From NCBI GenBank assembly GCA_964188305.1, contig OZ076885.1: DNA of 64,000 bases; one strand, written 5' to 3'. The notes under the pieces were generated by a model. It had not been told where the DNA came from. It ran no database searches and worked only from the letters and a program-made list of their open reading frames with translations. A program made the translations under genes and the position numbers. How positions within the stretch are numbered: the stretch's first letter is position 1; the number at the start of each line of letters is the position of its first letter. This stretch comes from Podarcis bocagei. Taxonomy: Eukaryota. Positions 1 to 13,000 of this stretch are shown one piece after another.

Positions 1-23
1 AAGAAGAAGCCTCATGCCAGCGT
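1..23 (+). CDS. GRK2: GRK2 exon, partial (KKKPHASV)
   Basis: aag aag aag cct cat gcc agc gt|gtgagt; activation segment. Confidence 0.9.
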
Positions 24-852
24 GTGAGTATCAGACAGGAATCTAATCCTCGGCCAGCAGCTCCGTTCTCTGTATCTCGACCTAAAACTGCTCCTGTCCA
101 AGGGTCTTGATAAATGTCAGGACACCTTTTCCCCTTCTCCCTCAGCTGCAGGGTGAGCTACTGGAAGTTCCTCCACTGTTGCTTCCTCTAGCTTTTTATA
201 GGTGTTAATTCCTGTATTATCTGGGGATCACAATATCACTTGTTCAACATCCACTCATTGGGACATTTGCCCTAAGGCCTCTGTCCAGTAATGGAGACCC
301 AAAATATGGACCACAAAACTGGAACCTACAGATTACAGGCCTCAGATTCCGGTAGTGGATTCATCTGCAAAGGGGCTTTCTGATTCTGGGGTGTGTGAGA
401 TAGAACGAGCTAGTTCAGTCCCAATGCCCAGCTTGCACAGGAGCGAATGTCTTTATGTGATCACTTGTTCTTGGGAGATGCCGGTGTTGCAAGGAAAATG
501 GCCCCTCTCTAACTTTTTCTGCTTGGAACCATTCGTATTTTGTGGGGAGACAATTCCTACAGGCCACAACTGTGGTTTAAAGGGGCATTGTAAGGAGGAA
601 TTAGTATCTGCCTCCATTTGCAAGCACATGCGTACCCAGATTCATAAGCGAATGCTTCTCCCACGTGAATGTGTGTATTTCGTAAGTGTACATAGATCTA
701 TTTGCCACTGGCCTGGGTGTTTATTTTTCCTGTATGTTTATTTTTCGAAAAGGATTCCTTACCCACTGACCTGTCCCTGCTGAGCCGCCCCCCCCCTCCC
801 GACAGGTGCTGTGCTGTCTTTTGTAACTCTCAGTTTCCCTCCACCCCTGCAG

Positions 853-960
853 TGGCACACATGGGTACATGGCGCCAGAGGTGCTGCAGAAGGGCGTTGC
901 CTATGACAGCAGTGCTGACTGGTTCTCTCTAGGCTGCATGCTCTTCAAACTACTGAGGGG
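853..960 (+). CDS. GRK2: GRK2 exon ([36 protein letters not shown])
   Basis: cag|t...gg|gtaagt; kinase APE motif. Confidence 0.96.
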
Positions 961-1236
961 GTAAGTGGGGGAGAGCCAAGGTGGAGAAGAGTTTGCAGGG
1001 ATGGGGATGGGAAGGAGGCCTAGCTGGCAGAGGGAGCCGTGGTTGAATTCAGAGGGTGCTGGGTTGGATTGATTGCAATGGGAATGGCAAGAATTGGGGG
1101 GAAAACGCCCTGAGATCTACAGGTATTGGGCGCTATACAAATTTAATTAATTAATTATAATAATAATAAAGAAGTGTTAGGGGGTGCCTGTGAGGCCTGA
1201 GTCTCCTTCTGACGCTCTCCTGGCTCTTCTTCTCAG

Positions 1237-1303
1237 GCATAGCCCCTTTCGGCAACACAAGACTAAAGACAAGCATGAGATCGACCGCATGACGCTCACT
1301 ATG
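1237..1303 (+). CDS. GRK2: GRK2 exon ([22 protein letters not shown])
   Basis: cag|g...atg|gtaagg. Confidence 0.96.
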
Positions 1304-2880
1304 GTAAGGAAATGTTGTCAAGCTCAGTCAGGGATCAGCCTGGATCCCAAAGCTTCCAGGTGCTGAATTGTTCGCCTCTTGCCCCTCGGGTCTCCAAAAT
1401 TTCAGATCTTCCCTTTGCCAGTCATCAGAGTTATACCCACGCTTTGCAGAGCCTGGCTGACCTATACTACATGTCAACTTGCCAGTTTCATGTGGACTTA
1501 GTACATATTCCCAAATAGATTCAGCATTTTGACATGAGGTTTTTCCTGAGCTGAACCCCCATTATTCTCCCTCGAAGTCAAATATCCCTACACTTCAGAC
1601 CGGGTCCATTTCCGTGAGTTCCAGCACCCTCTGTTTGGTTAGCTGGGTGGCTCAGTGTGCGCATTTGTGTGAGGGAAGGAGGGAAATGGGTACGCAGAAT
1701 TAAATTTCCCACTATTACTGTAAGTTATGCTACTGCCTGAAGAACATGAATAGATCGGGGACCTTCTATTTTTAGCACCGCACAGACAAATCACAAAGAA
1801 ATTCCCTTCCCTAGGGAACGTGCAGAGACTGTAAGCAGATGCAGTTTGGTTGAACTCAACAATTACTGTTTGGCAAGGCAAGCAGCACAACTCTTGCCAA
1901 GGTGTCAGGCTGCTAAGCAGTGTCAGGCAAAGGTGCCATTAGAAATTTCTGGGCTGGGCATAAAAATGCTTTGTGCCAGTCCGGGGTGCGGCTGTCGGGA
2001 AAAGGCCCTTCCTCCATGCCTTTGGTGTACAGCTGTGGCGTGGCTGCAACTATTTGCTGTTGAGGTTAATTCAGGGCATGACTTATACAAAGTGTGTGGC
2101 AGGGGTGGGGTTCCCTCTTCATTTAGCAAAAGTTTATGGGTGGTTCTGAGGACTGCTGCTGCAGCTGCTGTTTCTAGAAAGTCCTAGATTTCGATTCTTC
2201 TTCCAGCAGAGCTCATGTGTATCACCCTAGATTTCCATGAGGGTGTAGGATCCCCCCCACAGCCCTTTTTGCACACACTAGAACCGGGTAATGCCGGCAG
2301 CGAGGGGAAGAGGGAGACAATACTGATCATCATGACAGACTCGGGTTTCGATGCATCAGCTGCCTAACTGTTTGACAGGCTTTTTGAGGCCTCATGGTGA
2401 GATGGGAGGGAGCTGAATGGGGTTTAAGGTGCATAAGAGGCAGCTTTGGATGTTTGCAATAGCCAAGCCACTTTTATCGTGCAAGGCAAGTTGTGGAGAA
2501 ATTGTGCTTGTGGGCAAACTTAAAATAGGTGGGCAATTAAGATAGCTATTTTCAGATCCGTGCTTGCAGTGGTGGAGGAAGGGGGCGCAGGGAGTGTGGT
2601 TCGCCCTGGGTGTCATCGGGGTGTGTGTGTGACAAAACGGTTTTTTAAAAAAATTGGGCTCATGAAACTTTTTAGGAGTGACGTGGTGGCTTAGGCGCCT
2701 GCAGGTTCTGCGCTGCGTGAAACAGCAGCGTGGGACTTGCCTCTGCCTACTGCCTTTCCCTCAGCCGCCCTACAGCTGAGGGGGAGGTGGTGGAGAGGTT
2801 CCAAGCGTTGGAGATGCTTGTCCCGCCCCCGGCTGCAGAACACGCCCCCACACCAGGCACCCGAGCAGCTAGCTATGCCG

Positions 2881-2881
<1 letters not shown>

Positions 2882-2954
<73 letters not shown>
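2882..2954. repeat. Compound microsatellite (TG)n(GA)n
   Basis: Directly visible. Confidence 0.97.
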
Positions 2955-2957
<3 letters not shown>

Positions 2958-3625
2958 TTTCACAGTTGGGTTGGCATTTGATATTAAAACACCTTTTCTT
3001 CTGATGACAACTGAGGAGTCCTTTAGCCCACTGCCTCTCTCTCCTACACCTCTTGCCAGGAGTGTGATTCCGTTGCCACTGGATGAAAGTTGTCTTTCCT
3101 GAGGATTCTCTGTGGGCTCCAGGAATAGGATGGGCTTGTCCCTTCTGTCATAATGAATGAAATAAACCGACCCAATCGTTCTGCACAGCTTTGAGCCATG
3201 GGGACAGATTAGTGGGAGTAATGCCCCTAGATACCAAAGGACATTCTTCCTGTACAATAGGGATGAGGAAACTGTGGCACCTCCTCCCAATGTTGCTGGA
3301 CTGCAGTGCCCATTATCCCTGAACATAGGCCATGCTGGCTGAGGCTGATGGGAGTTGGAGTCCAACAATATCCAGAGGGCCACAGGTTCTTAGACCCTAG
3401 CAGGATCTTTCTTACTCCAGATCCTTCCCATCCCTATTTCCATGATTAACACCCAGTGCCCTTTTAAAATGTGATGGGGAAGGGGTTGTTTTTGTAAACA
3501 CTATGTATATTGTGTTTTTATATTGTGATTTTATGTTTTAACTGCCCTGAGACCTGCGGGTGTAGGGCGGTGTGCAAATGTAAGAATTAATAATGAGAAT
3601 AATTCTGCCCTTCTCGTTCCCACAG

Positions 3626-3726
3626 GCTGTGGAGCTCCCAGACTCCTTCTCACCTGAGCTGCGTTCTCTGCTGGAGGGGCTGCTGCAGAGAGATGTGAAC
3701 CGTCGGCTGGGTTGTATGGGCCGCGG
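3626..3726 (+). CDS. GRK2: GRK2 exon ([34 protein letters not shown])
   Basis: cag|gct...gg|gtgagt. Confidence 0.96.
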
Positions 3727-3796
3727 GTGAGTCTCCGGGGGGAACAGCTGAAGCGCCTGGATGGGCTGTAGGGCAGGGATGTTGGTGGGGAGTGAG

Positions 3797-4140
3797 CATA
3801 GGCGCCGACTCCATGGGGCTTGAGGGGGCCCGAGCCCCCTCAAAAATTCGTTTGGGGGGGCTCCGCCCCCCAATAATCTCCGGCGCCCCTCCAGCAGAGC
3901 GCCATCGCCGCCCCTCCCCCAGCCCAAAATGCACAGGGTCGGGCTGCATGCCTCCTGCCCTCCCTCCCGAGCAAAAGCTCCACCCAATTTCCTTCGGAGC
4001 TGATTAATAGGCACAGCACGCTCTCCCCTATTCGCTCACGAGGAGGCGGCGCCACTTTATTTGCTTATTCATGAGCTTATTTATTATTCATAAGCTTTCC
4101 CGGCCCCCCCCCCAATATTTTTTATAAGTCCACGTCCCTG
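3797..4140. mobile_element. hAT-type non-autonomous DNA transposon (MITE)
   Basis: Perfect 8-bp TSD GGAGTGAG (3789-3796 and 4141-4148); imperfect TIRs CATAGGCGCCGACT / AGTCCACGTCCCTG; CpG-rich. Confidence 0.75.
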
Positions 4141-6077
4141 GGAGTGAGATTCCTGTGGCCCTCCAGTTGTTGCTGGACTGGTTGGTCAGCAGTCAGGGGA
4201 AACTGTAGCCCAAGCGCATCTGGGAGGCCATTGGTTGGCTGAGGGGATTAAGTTGCCCAACCTTCTTATACAAAGAATGCTTTCAGAATTATCAGTGGAG
4301 TGGAGTTTTGTTGTTTGGAACTCAGCTAAGAATAGTTCTTAGCTGGGGAAATGGACAAGCATGCTATTTCCAGGTGCTCTGGTTGCCACAACAAGGGCAG
4401 GTTTAAAATACATATATATCACACTCTACAGGACCAAGAAGTGCCTTCCATTTTTAAAAAGTATTTATGGCACAGGCTTAACATCCTGCTGTTAGCTTAG
4501 CTTTCCCAGGCTCCCTGCTTGCCCTGTTCCTCAGGTTCAGATTGAAGCCACAATCTGATAACTCAAATTTAGATGACCTTGAAGCAGAGGATGTACTGCG
4601 GGAGCTAAGGAATGCTCCGGCAACGTTATTCCTTTGTCGGCAAGGCTCTGGGCTTTCCATGTAGTGCCCTGTTCAGCGCAAGACCTAAGATAGGATCTGG
4701 AATTCAAAGAATCACAGAGTTTGCTTTCTTAAAAAAATCCAGTTTATGGCTTTTAATGGTTGCAGAGAAGCAATCGTGGACTAAATTGGCTGCTGTGTGC
4801 AAAATGTGCGCCTCATGTTACCCTGCACCCCAGCAGTCTGTCTCTTCCCCCTGCTGTCTTTTATTCTCCATTACTTCTGATTTTGTTAGCCTAGTTTTGA
4901 TTTTTCTCAAAACATAAAATTTTCTATTACAACACTTTTCAGGTCTTTTCAGAGCTATGAATCGTTATTACTCACTTGCATATACAATATCTGTTGTAGG
5001 GAGAATGGCAGATGGGAGTCCCTGCCTAGGTACTTGCTGATTCACCCTTTCATAAAATAATAATGGAGCAAATTAAACAATCCTGCCCCAGAATAGGCTA
5101 TTCTCAACTCTTGCGACGAATATATATAACCCAGAAACTGACGTGTCTCATGTAGGGACAAATCAGCTTTGTTTACATCCTGCATCTGATGAAGTCGGCT
5201 CTTTCCTATAAACGTTTGTGCTACGATGAGTCACTTAGCCTCCAGTTAAGGTGTGATGTGCAGACTTCGTGTTAACAGCGTTCTGTGGCTAGGCAATCCA
5301 AAATCTGTGTCAACAAGAGCTGTGTTCTTTGACTTGTATATAAGAGGTTTGCACATTTTCTGAAGCTGCCCGCCCCTGAATCTCTGATCATCTTTCTCTA
5401 GGTTCTGAGTTTTTAGTAAGCATAGCTCACATACTTTCAAATATATATTCAAAACCATAAGGACTACAGACTTGCCTGCCTTAAAAATGAGACCTGAACT
5501 TTTCAGAAAGCTGGATTCTGGGTGTAGAATCTAACTTTCTGAGAAGTTCAGATCTGCCCTTCTTCTGAGCACCTGCAGAATTGCAGTATTTGCCCAGCCC
5601 TACCTACCTTTAAGTTGCTCCATGTCTCTCTTGTCCTTTGTTTGCTACAGAACAGCTCAGGGTTGTTGGGTTTTTTGGCAGAGGGCAAAGAAGGCACACC
5701 AGGCTGAGTTAATCTAGGTGGTAAAAGTCAAGAGCTGCAGATGTGGTTAGGCCAAGCTAAATCCTGATGTCCTTTTAAACAAAACAAGTTTTCCTTCAAA
5801 GGAAATTGCTCAGCTGTTAGATGAACACAAAGGCAGCATTCCAGTTCTGTGTGGCTGTTCATGATGAAGCTGCTGTTCCCAAGCTTTTCTCTAGCCCCTA
5901 ACTCAGGTAGCTGACAAGAGATAGTAATGAACAGCCCCCAGCCTCCCTCCCCATTGACCAAAGGGTGTAATAGTTCATACCGTCTGGTGGACACTGCATT
6001 GGCTACCCCTGCCCTAACTATTCAGTGCTCAAAGGGAGGAGGGAACTCTATGTAATCTGCAACCGTCTTTCCAACAG

Positions 6078-6144
6078 GGCTCTTGAGGTGAAGGAGAGTC
6101 CCTTCTTCCAGGGTCTAGACTGGCAGATGGTTTTCCTCCAAAAG
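6078..6144 (+). CDS. GRK2: GRK2 exon (ALEVKESPFFQGLDWQMVFLQK)
   Basis: cag|g...aag|gtgagc. Confidence 0.95.
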
Positions 6145-6208
6145 GTGAGCAGGGCAGTTGGGAAGACAGTGGAGTTGCTGGGGATAAAGACTCTGCTCGG
6201 TCATCATG

Positions 6209-6530
6209 AATCATAGAGTTGGAAGGGACCCCAGGGGTCATCTAGTCCAACACCCTGCAATACAGGAATCACCACTAAAGCATCCATGACAGATAGCCAC
6301 CCAACCTCTGCTTAAAAACTTCCAATGAAGGAGAGTCCACAACCTCCCATGAGAGTCTGTTCCACTGCTGAACAGCTCTTACTGTCATAAAGCTCTTCCT
6401 GAAGTTTAGTCGGCGTCTCCTTTCTTGTAACTGAATCCACTGGTTCAGGACCTAGTCTTGAGAACAGAAGAGAACAAGCTTGTTCCCTCTTCAGTGTGAC
6501 AGCCCTTTAGGTAGTTGAAAATGGCCATCA
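6209..6530 (-). mobile_element. CR1 LINE 3' fragment
   Basis: Reverse complement of a CR1 3' end (gaatcatagagttggaagggacccc...catctagtccaac) followed by CR1 ORF2 C-terminal-like sequence. Confidence 0.75.
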
Positions 6531-6607
6531 GGGAAGGAAGGAATTGTAAGGGATAAGCGACTCTCCTCTGCTCCTTGGTTGACTTTCCCCCCATCATGTC
6601 TTCACAG

Positions 6608-6703
6608 TATCCGCCCCCCTTGATCCCACCACGCGGGGAGGTGAATGCAGCTGATGCTTTTGACATTGGCTCCTTTGATGAAGAGGACACCAAAGGCATC
6701 AAG
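6608..6703 (+). CDS. GRK2: GRK2 exon ([32 protein letters not shown])
   Basis: cag|tat...aag|gtatgt; AGC C-tail. Confidence 0.96.
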
Positions 6704-7137
6704 GTATGTGGGGGGGGGGGGCAGCCCTTAACCTACTCTCTGCTAGGGCAGCTGCAGCTTCCTCCTCTTCTCTTTGGTTTGAACATGCCTCTACATTAAT
6801 TAATTAATTAATTAATAATAAATGCATCTCCCATTTTTCTTCCAAATGTGGCACTCAGAGCAGGTTTGATTACAAATACATGGTGTGGGCTTCAGCAGCA
6901 AAGTGGAAGCAGCAGCGCTAATGGGTGGAACTGCACTGTAGGCTGCAATACTATGTTCTGCTACTAGGGAATAGGATAACGCAGACAAATGAATGTTACT
7001 GACTGATTTGACAAATGAATGTTACTGGACTGATATGTTGGCTTCAGTCCATCTAGTTCAGCACCTTGTCTCCGACACTAAGGTCAGCCACAGACCACTG
7101 GGAAACTCACAAGCAGAGCATGATGGAGATAGACACC

Positions 7138-7140
<3 letters not shown>

Positions 7141-7169
<29 letters not shown>
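7141..7169. repeat. (TC)n microsatellite
   Basis: Directly visible. Confidence 0.95.
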
Positions 7170-7174
<5 letters not shown>

Positions 7175-8389
7175 CTTCAGTAGTTGGAGCTATACTGCCT
7201 CTGAACATAGAGGTTTCATTTATCCTGGCGAACAGCCATGCATGTGTTTAAACCTTTGAAGAGCTACTTGGGTAGTGGCCAGCATGTCATCTTTGGTAAT
7301 GAAGTCCACAAAGTAAATAGCACATAAGACGGGGATGTTCAGCCTTAGCCAAACTATTCCTTATATGTGGAAGAAGTTTGTCATACGATTGCTGCATCCC
7401 CTAGAACCTAAATCTACTGTTCTGAACAGCAAACTTTGGGAGTGTTTTGAGACGTGTCTAACAACCCAGCGGTTCTCCAAATGCCTTAGGTACCAGGGCA
7501 AGCAGAATTTTGTGTAGAGGGGTTTACCGGACTGAGAAAAGTTACTTGACTTTAAGCCAAAGCGAGTTGCAAAGTAAAGAACAGAAATCACACACACACG
7601 GCAATAAAGAACTTTACAATGTGCATCCATAGATAAATATACGAAGCATGTAGCCCACTAAAAGGAAGACCAAAAAAAGAGGCAACAGACATAACTAAAT
7701 AACCTCCAAATTAAGGTTCAAGGGGCTGGGTAAATAAAACTGGCACCTAAAGGCAAACAATGATGGTGTCAAGCTTGCTTCCCTTGGGAAGCCACCATTG
7801 AAAAGGCCCGTTCTTGTGTCACCACCCTCTCTGCCTCTCTTGGAGAGAGCAAACACAGAGTGCCCTCAGATGATGAGTGCAGGACCTGGGTTTGTTCTGG
7901 AGGGGAGAACTCCTTTAGGTGGTGGGATCCTGAGCTGCGTAATGGTTCCCCCCACCTCTGCAGGCAGGATAGGAGAGGTGTTGTGTCTGAGTTGGTTGGG
8001 AAAGAACTGGAGAGAGCTGAGATCAGCTGGGAAGTGATTAGGGAAAACCTGGTGGGTTTCGGTTTTAGTGCCTAGAAGAGGTGGTGTAAGTCTGGGAAGG
8101 TGGAGAAGTGCAGAAGGCAGAGCCAGAGAGAATATCCATGTCAAATACTTAAGATAGAAAGGAAGAAATGGGACTCACCCCAAACCTCCACAGTAGAAGA
8201 ATGCTGCTGGATCAGACCAAAGGCTATAGTTCTGCATGCTGCTTCCCAGTCGGATAGACCTCTTAGAAGCCCACAAGGGGGGCACGAGGGCAGTAGCCCT
8301 CTCTTGCTGTGGTTTCCCTGGCAGCTGATATTCAGAGCAGGGGGACTGTGCCTGTTACCCTGGAAACAAGGGCTCACTTCTCATTCCAG

Positions 8390-8552
8390 CTGTTGGACAG
8401 TGACCAGGAGCTCTATCGCAACTTTCCACTCACCATCTCGGAGCGTTGGCAGCAGGAGGTGACAGAGACCGTCTTTGACACAGTCAACGCAGAGACTGAC
8501 AAGCTGGAGGCTCGCAAAAGAGCCAAGAACAAGCAGTTGGGCCATGAGGAAG
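8390..8552 (+). CDS. GRK2: GRK2 exon ([14 protein letters not shown]...KQLGHEE)
   Basis: cag|ctg...gaa g|gtgaga. Confidence 0.96.
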
Positions 8553-8855
8553 GTGAGACCCACGGCTGGTAGGACAAGTGGCAGTGGGTTTCCTCATTCA
8601 GGCTAGCTCTGCTCCATGACCCAGTCCTCCTCAGCCGCCATTGCCACCCAGCTCTGCCTGCCAGTTTGCAGGGCACCTGCTTTTGGACACTCTTGGCTGC
8701 AACACCCACTATGGAGAGAAGACATGGCTGGATGACTTGGGTTGTTTCCCCCTGAACTGTTCCCTTTGGTGTCTCCTTGTTTTGTTTCTTGTGGGGGTTT
8801 TTGTTTTGTTTTTGCCTGTCCTTGATGCTCTTCTCTTTGCCATTCCCGTACACAG

Positions 8856-8992
8856 ATTATGCCCTGGGCAAGGACTGCATCATGCACGGCTACATGTCAA
8901 AACTGGGGAACCCTTTCCTCACACAGTGGCAGAGGAGGTACTTCTACCTCTTCCCAAATCGGTTGGAGTGGCGTGGAGAAGGAGAATCCCCG
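8856..8992 (+). CDS. GRK2: GRK2 exon, PH domain ([16 protein letters not shown]...EGESP)
   Basis: cag|at...ccg|gtaaga. Confidence 0.96.
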
Positions 8993-9255
8993 GTAAGAGG
9001 AGATCTTTCCTCTAAGGAAGGAGGGGAGGGGGAAATGGCAGGTTTGGGGTGAGGGTGGAGAGTCTTGCGATATACAAGTGGGAGAGCCTAGGTTTGTCTC
9101 ATATGGGTTTGGGGCAGGGCAGGATTAGGCATTGATTGCAGTGCCTGGAGGATGGGATTATGTGGAGGTGGGCAAGGGATGTAGAATGCATGTTTAACCT
9201 GGGGTTATATAAGTGGCTCTTTCTTTGACCAAAGATGTTTTGGACCCTACAACAG

Positions 9256-9369
9256 CAGTCGCTGCTCACCATGGAAGAGATCCAGACTGTTGAGGAGACA
9301 CAGATAAAGGATCGAAAGTGCATCCTCCTAAAGATCCGGGGTGGCAAGCAGTTTGTCCTGCAGTGTGAC
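9256..9369 (+). CDS. GRK2: GRK2 exon, PH domain ([38 protein letters not shown])
   Basis: aacag|cag tcg...gac|gtgagt; tandem CAGCAG acceptor. Confidence 0.94.
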
Positions 9370-9692
9370 GTGAGTTTTTCCTCACATTGCCTCTCCTAGA
9401 AGAAAGTCCAGAGGTTGCCAAAAATTGGTGATGGGCAGCCCCCAGTTTCCCTTGGCATGGTTTGATGACTGGACAGGACTTAGGATAATATAGCACATCT
9501 TGACTGTTTGAAGTGTTTCACGTACATTATCTCAGTAATTCTTACAAGGCCTTTGTAAGACGGGACCATTGTTGTCCCCATAGTGCAAATGGGGGGCGGG
9601 GGCTGAAGCTGAGAGAGAACTTTGCTTGCAAAACCCCACCCAGTGAATACATGGCGGAGGCAAGATTACAACCTGAGGCTTCCTGATTTCAC

Positions 9693-10050
9693 GGCACTGT
9701 GGTCTAAACCACTGAGCCTAGGGCTTGCCAATTGGAAGGTCAGCGGTTCGAATCCCCACAACGGGCTGAGCTTCCGTTGCTTGGTCCCAGCTCCTGCCAA
9801 CCCAGCAGTTCGAAAGCACGTCAAAGTGCAAGTAGATAAATAGGTACCGCTCCGGTGGGAAGGTAAACGGCGTTTCTGTCCACTGTTGTGGTTTCGCCAG
9901 AAGCAGCTTAGTCATGCTGGCCACATGACCCGGAAAAACTGTCTGCGGACAAACGTTGGCTCCCTCGGCAGGTAAAGTGAGATGAGCACCACAACCCCAG
10001 AGTTGTTCGCGACTGGACTTAACTGTCGGGGTCCTTTACCTTTACCTTTT
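9693..10050 (+). mobile_element. Sauria SINE (slightly 5'-truncated)
   Basis: tRNA-like head with B-box GGTTCGAATCC, body 'gcaagtagataaataggtaccgctcc', 3' (ACCTTT)n tail characteristic of Sauria SINEs. Confidence 0.85.
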
Positions 10051-10309
10051 TATGCTACACTAGTTCATGGTCTTATTTCTGTACCTGAGATTAATAAAAA
10101 TCCTGCTGAGGTCACATTCTACATGTTTGGCTGGGCTTGCCTAAACAAAACTATGTTAAGCAGGTGCTGAAAAGAATGCAGCCTGATGTCAATAAGCAGG
10201 GAGTTCCAAAGGGTTGAGTACTGCCACACTGAAAGAGCAATTTCTTACAAAGGACTTTATGTGACACCTGTAATGGTGCCAGTTCCACAAATTGAAGCAA
10301 AGTAGACTA

Positions 10310-10543
10310 CAGTGGTACCTCGGGTTACAGACACCTCAGGTTACAAACACTTCGGGTTACAGACTCTGCTAACCCGGAAGTAGTACCTCAGGTTAAGAAC
10401 TTTACCTCAGGATGAGAACAGAAATCACGTGGCGGCGGCAGCGGGAGGTCCCATTAGCTAAAGTGGTGCTTCAGGTTAAGAACAGTTTCAGGTTAAGAAC
10501 GGACCTCCGGAATGAATTAAGTTTTTAACCAGAGGTACCACTG
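10310..10543. mobile_element. Tc1/mariner-superfamily MITE
   Basis: TIRs CAGTGGTACCTC / GAGGTACCACTG flanked by TA target duplication; internal GGTTAAGAAC/GGTTACAGAC repeats. Confidence 0.88.
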
Positions 10544-13000
10544 TATTCCCAAGCTGTTAAAGGCTTTATATATAAATAGTGACACCTTGAATGGTAACAA
10601 ATCAGCAACCAGTGCAGATCTCAGAACAGAGGTGTAATATGATGGCAGGATCTCTCTCCAGTCAGCAGTCATGCTGCAGCATTCTGCACCAACTGCAATT
10701 TCTGGATCAAGCACATGGGAAGGTCCACATAGAGCGGCAGTAATTCAGTCTTGAAGTCAACAGTGCCTGTGATTAAGCTCTCCTGGTCCAGGAACGACCA
10801 TAGTTGTCATACCATATGCAGCTGGTAAAAGATGCTTCTAGCTCCTTAGGGTACCAGAAGCACTCAAACATTGTGTGCCTGCCCCTTCAAGAAGAGAGCA
10901 ACTCCATCCAAGGTGGACAAATGACAAATTTCTCTGACACAGGAAACACCCACGGTGCCTTCATCCTGCCAGGATAGATTGATAGTGGAGGGGGCTTGCT
11001 TACATTCCTGAAGTTTGCAGCTTGTTTTAGTCACTTGGAGGTATTAGGCCAACACCTTTCTGAAGTTGTGTTCTTGATTTGGTAGGTTGTTCTGGTCAGA
11101 TGAGATCAGGGGAAGGGTTGATGGTCCTTTCTTGCAGCTGAATCAAATTTGAATCCTCAGGTGTAGGATGAATCAGAGGCACAAGTATATTGCAGCTCTT
11201 TGTGTTTGTTTCTCATTCAAATCTGAAACAGATCTTTTCAAGTCTACCCTCACAAGGGGGTGAGCAAGTGTGGGGAGCTTAGGAGAGCCAAAAGAGGAGA
11301 TAAGAGTGAGATGACAGAGCAGAAACAGGAAGTGTAAAACAGTTGTGCTTCCTGTTCTCCCTATTTAACTCGATGGCCTGTGTTCCCTTCCTGTTCTGTG
11401 ATTTCTTGAATTCTATGGTCACGAGGTCCCCTACAGGCTACTGGAGGAGGGGGAGCCCCTTCTCAATCTATGGGGAGGGGGAATGTCCTGTTCAGTTAAG
11501 AAAGCTAGTTCACATTTTAGAAGACTATAAATAGGGCGGTGTGTGCTTTGCATCAAAAGAAGAGATTTCTCTACAACCAGAATAATTATATGTATTCATC
11601 AGATGTACAGAATATAGCTGAAGCTGCATAATTCTCTTAGAACTTGTTCAAGCCTAGAGGAGTTGGAGTAGCGTGTGTTATTGTATTGGGAGGCAAGGAC
11701 TTTGCGTGGGTGCAAGAGGTTTATCCCTTTGCTGGAAAACCCATCTGCAGTGCAATCCTAAACTTGCCTACTCTGAAGTAGGCCCCACTAATTCAGTGGA
11801 GTTTTCTTTTCCCCAGGCAAGTTTGTGTAGCAGGGATACCTAACCCACGGGCCAAATCCATCCTCAAGAGTGGATACACGCACATACCTAGCCCCGAAAT
11901 AAATTGACGATTGAATTTGTGCTATTTTTTAAAGCCTGCATTTTTGCTGAGGTGTCCCTCACTGTCGCTGTGATGGTCCTACTGCAGGCAGCCTAGCCAG
12001 CATCCCCAAAATTGGGTGCCTCTGCCTTGACCATCCAAAGGCACCTCTTCTCCCTCTCTCATGCTGCACTGTTGATAGGTCTATAGTACTCAGGAATCTA
12101 TATGTTTTTAACAAAGGCCATATTTTGAATTAAGAGAAGGTTAATCATTGGCTGCATCCATTGCCTCACTCCCACATGACCCCATATACAGGCAAGCACC
12201 TCTTTAAGCCCTCTCTGGTCCAGTATGAGTAGTCATAGGGGCTTTGGCAGTCTGCCCTATATTGTTCCCCTGAGATCTGGCTTTTATGCGCAAGCCAAGC
12301 GACAGGCAAATGTGACTGAGCAGTTGTGATGCATAAGAGGAAATCAACACAAGTAATATGTGTGGGGATTAAACAGCCTTTTGCCTGAGTGTTGGTCCAT
12401 GCAGGAGAAGAGCATCCTAGGTGAACAACAAGATGCTCCTTATGATCAGGAGCTGTGCTGAGAAACTCTTTACCTCTGGCTTCCTATTCCTTCTCTACAG
12501 AGAGAAAGTATTGGTGCTAATGGGCTGGCACAGAGAGGTGCCATTAGGAAATAATTCCAGAAAGCATTATCCATTTGTCCACAGCTTCCAGAATTTTAGT
12601 CTGGTGGTTGTTTTCTGACAACATTCAGAACATTTAAAAACAATCACATGCTTGCACAGCTAATGATGTCAAGGGGTTGCCAAGAACAGTATCTTCCAGC
12701 CGTCATAGGCCTGGTTAAACAGGAATGTTTTTAAGTTGCTCCCAAACCTTAATAATGAGGGAGATGGATGCATCTCGCCAGGGAGGGTATTCCATAAACC
12801 CAGAGCCACCGCTCAGAAGGCCCTGCCTGAGTAAGTGCCAACTGGGCACCAACCAGTTATGGCAGCACCACTCCCAAGCCGATTGTAAGGTCCAAGGCGA
12901 TTGATACCCTCTCCTGCCCTGAGCAAAATAATGGCTGCTGCCTTGTATTCCTTTGTATTCTAGTGGTCCTCATGCTAATCCTTTGTCTTTCCTCCTCCAG

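Noticed and set aside
2691-3383. 230-aa minus-strand ORF
   Set aside because: Runs through the (TG)/(GA) microsatellite and a MITE in a GRK2 intron.
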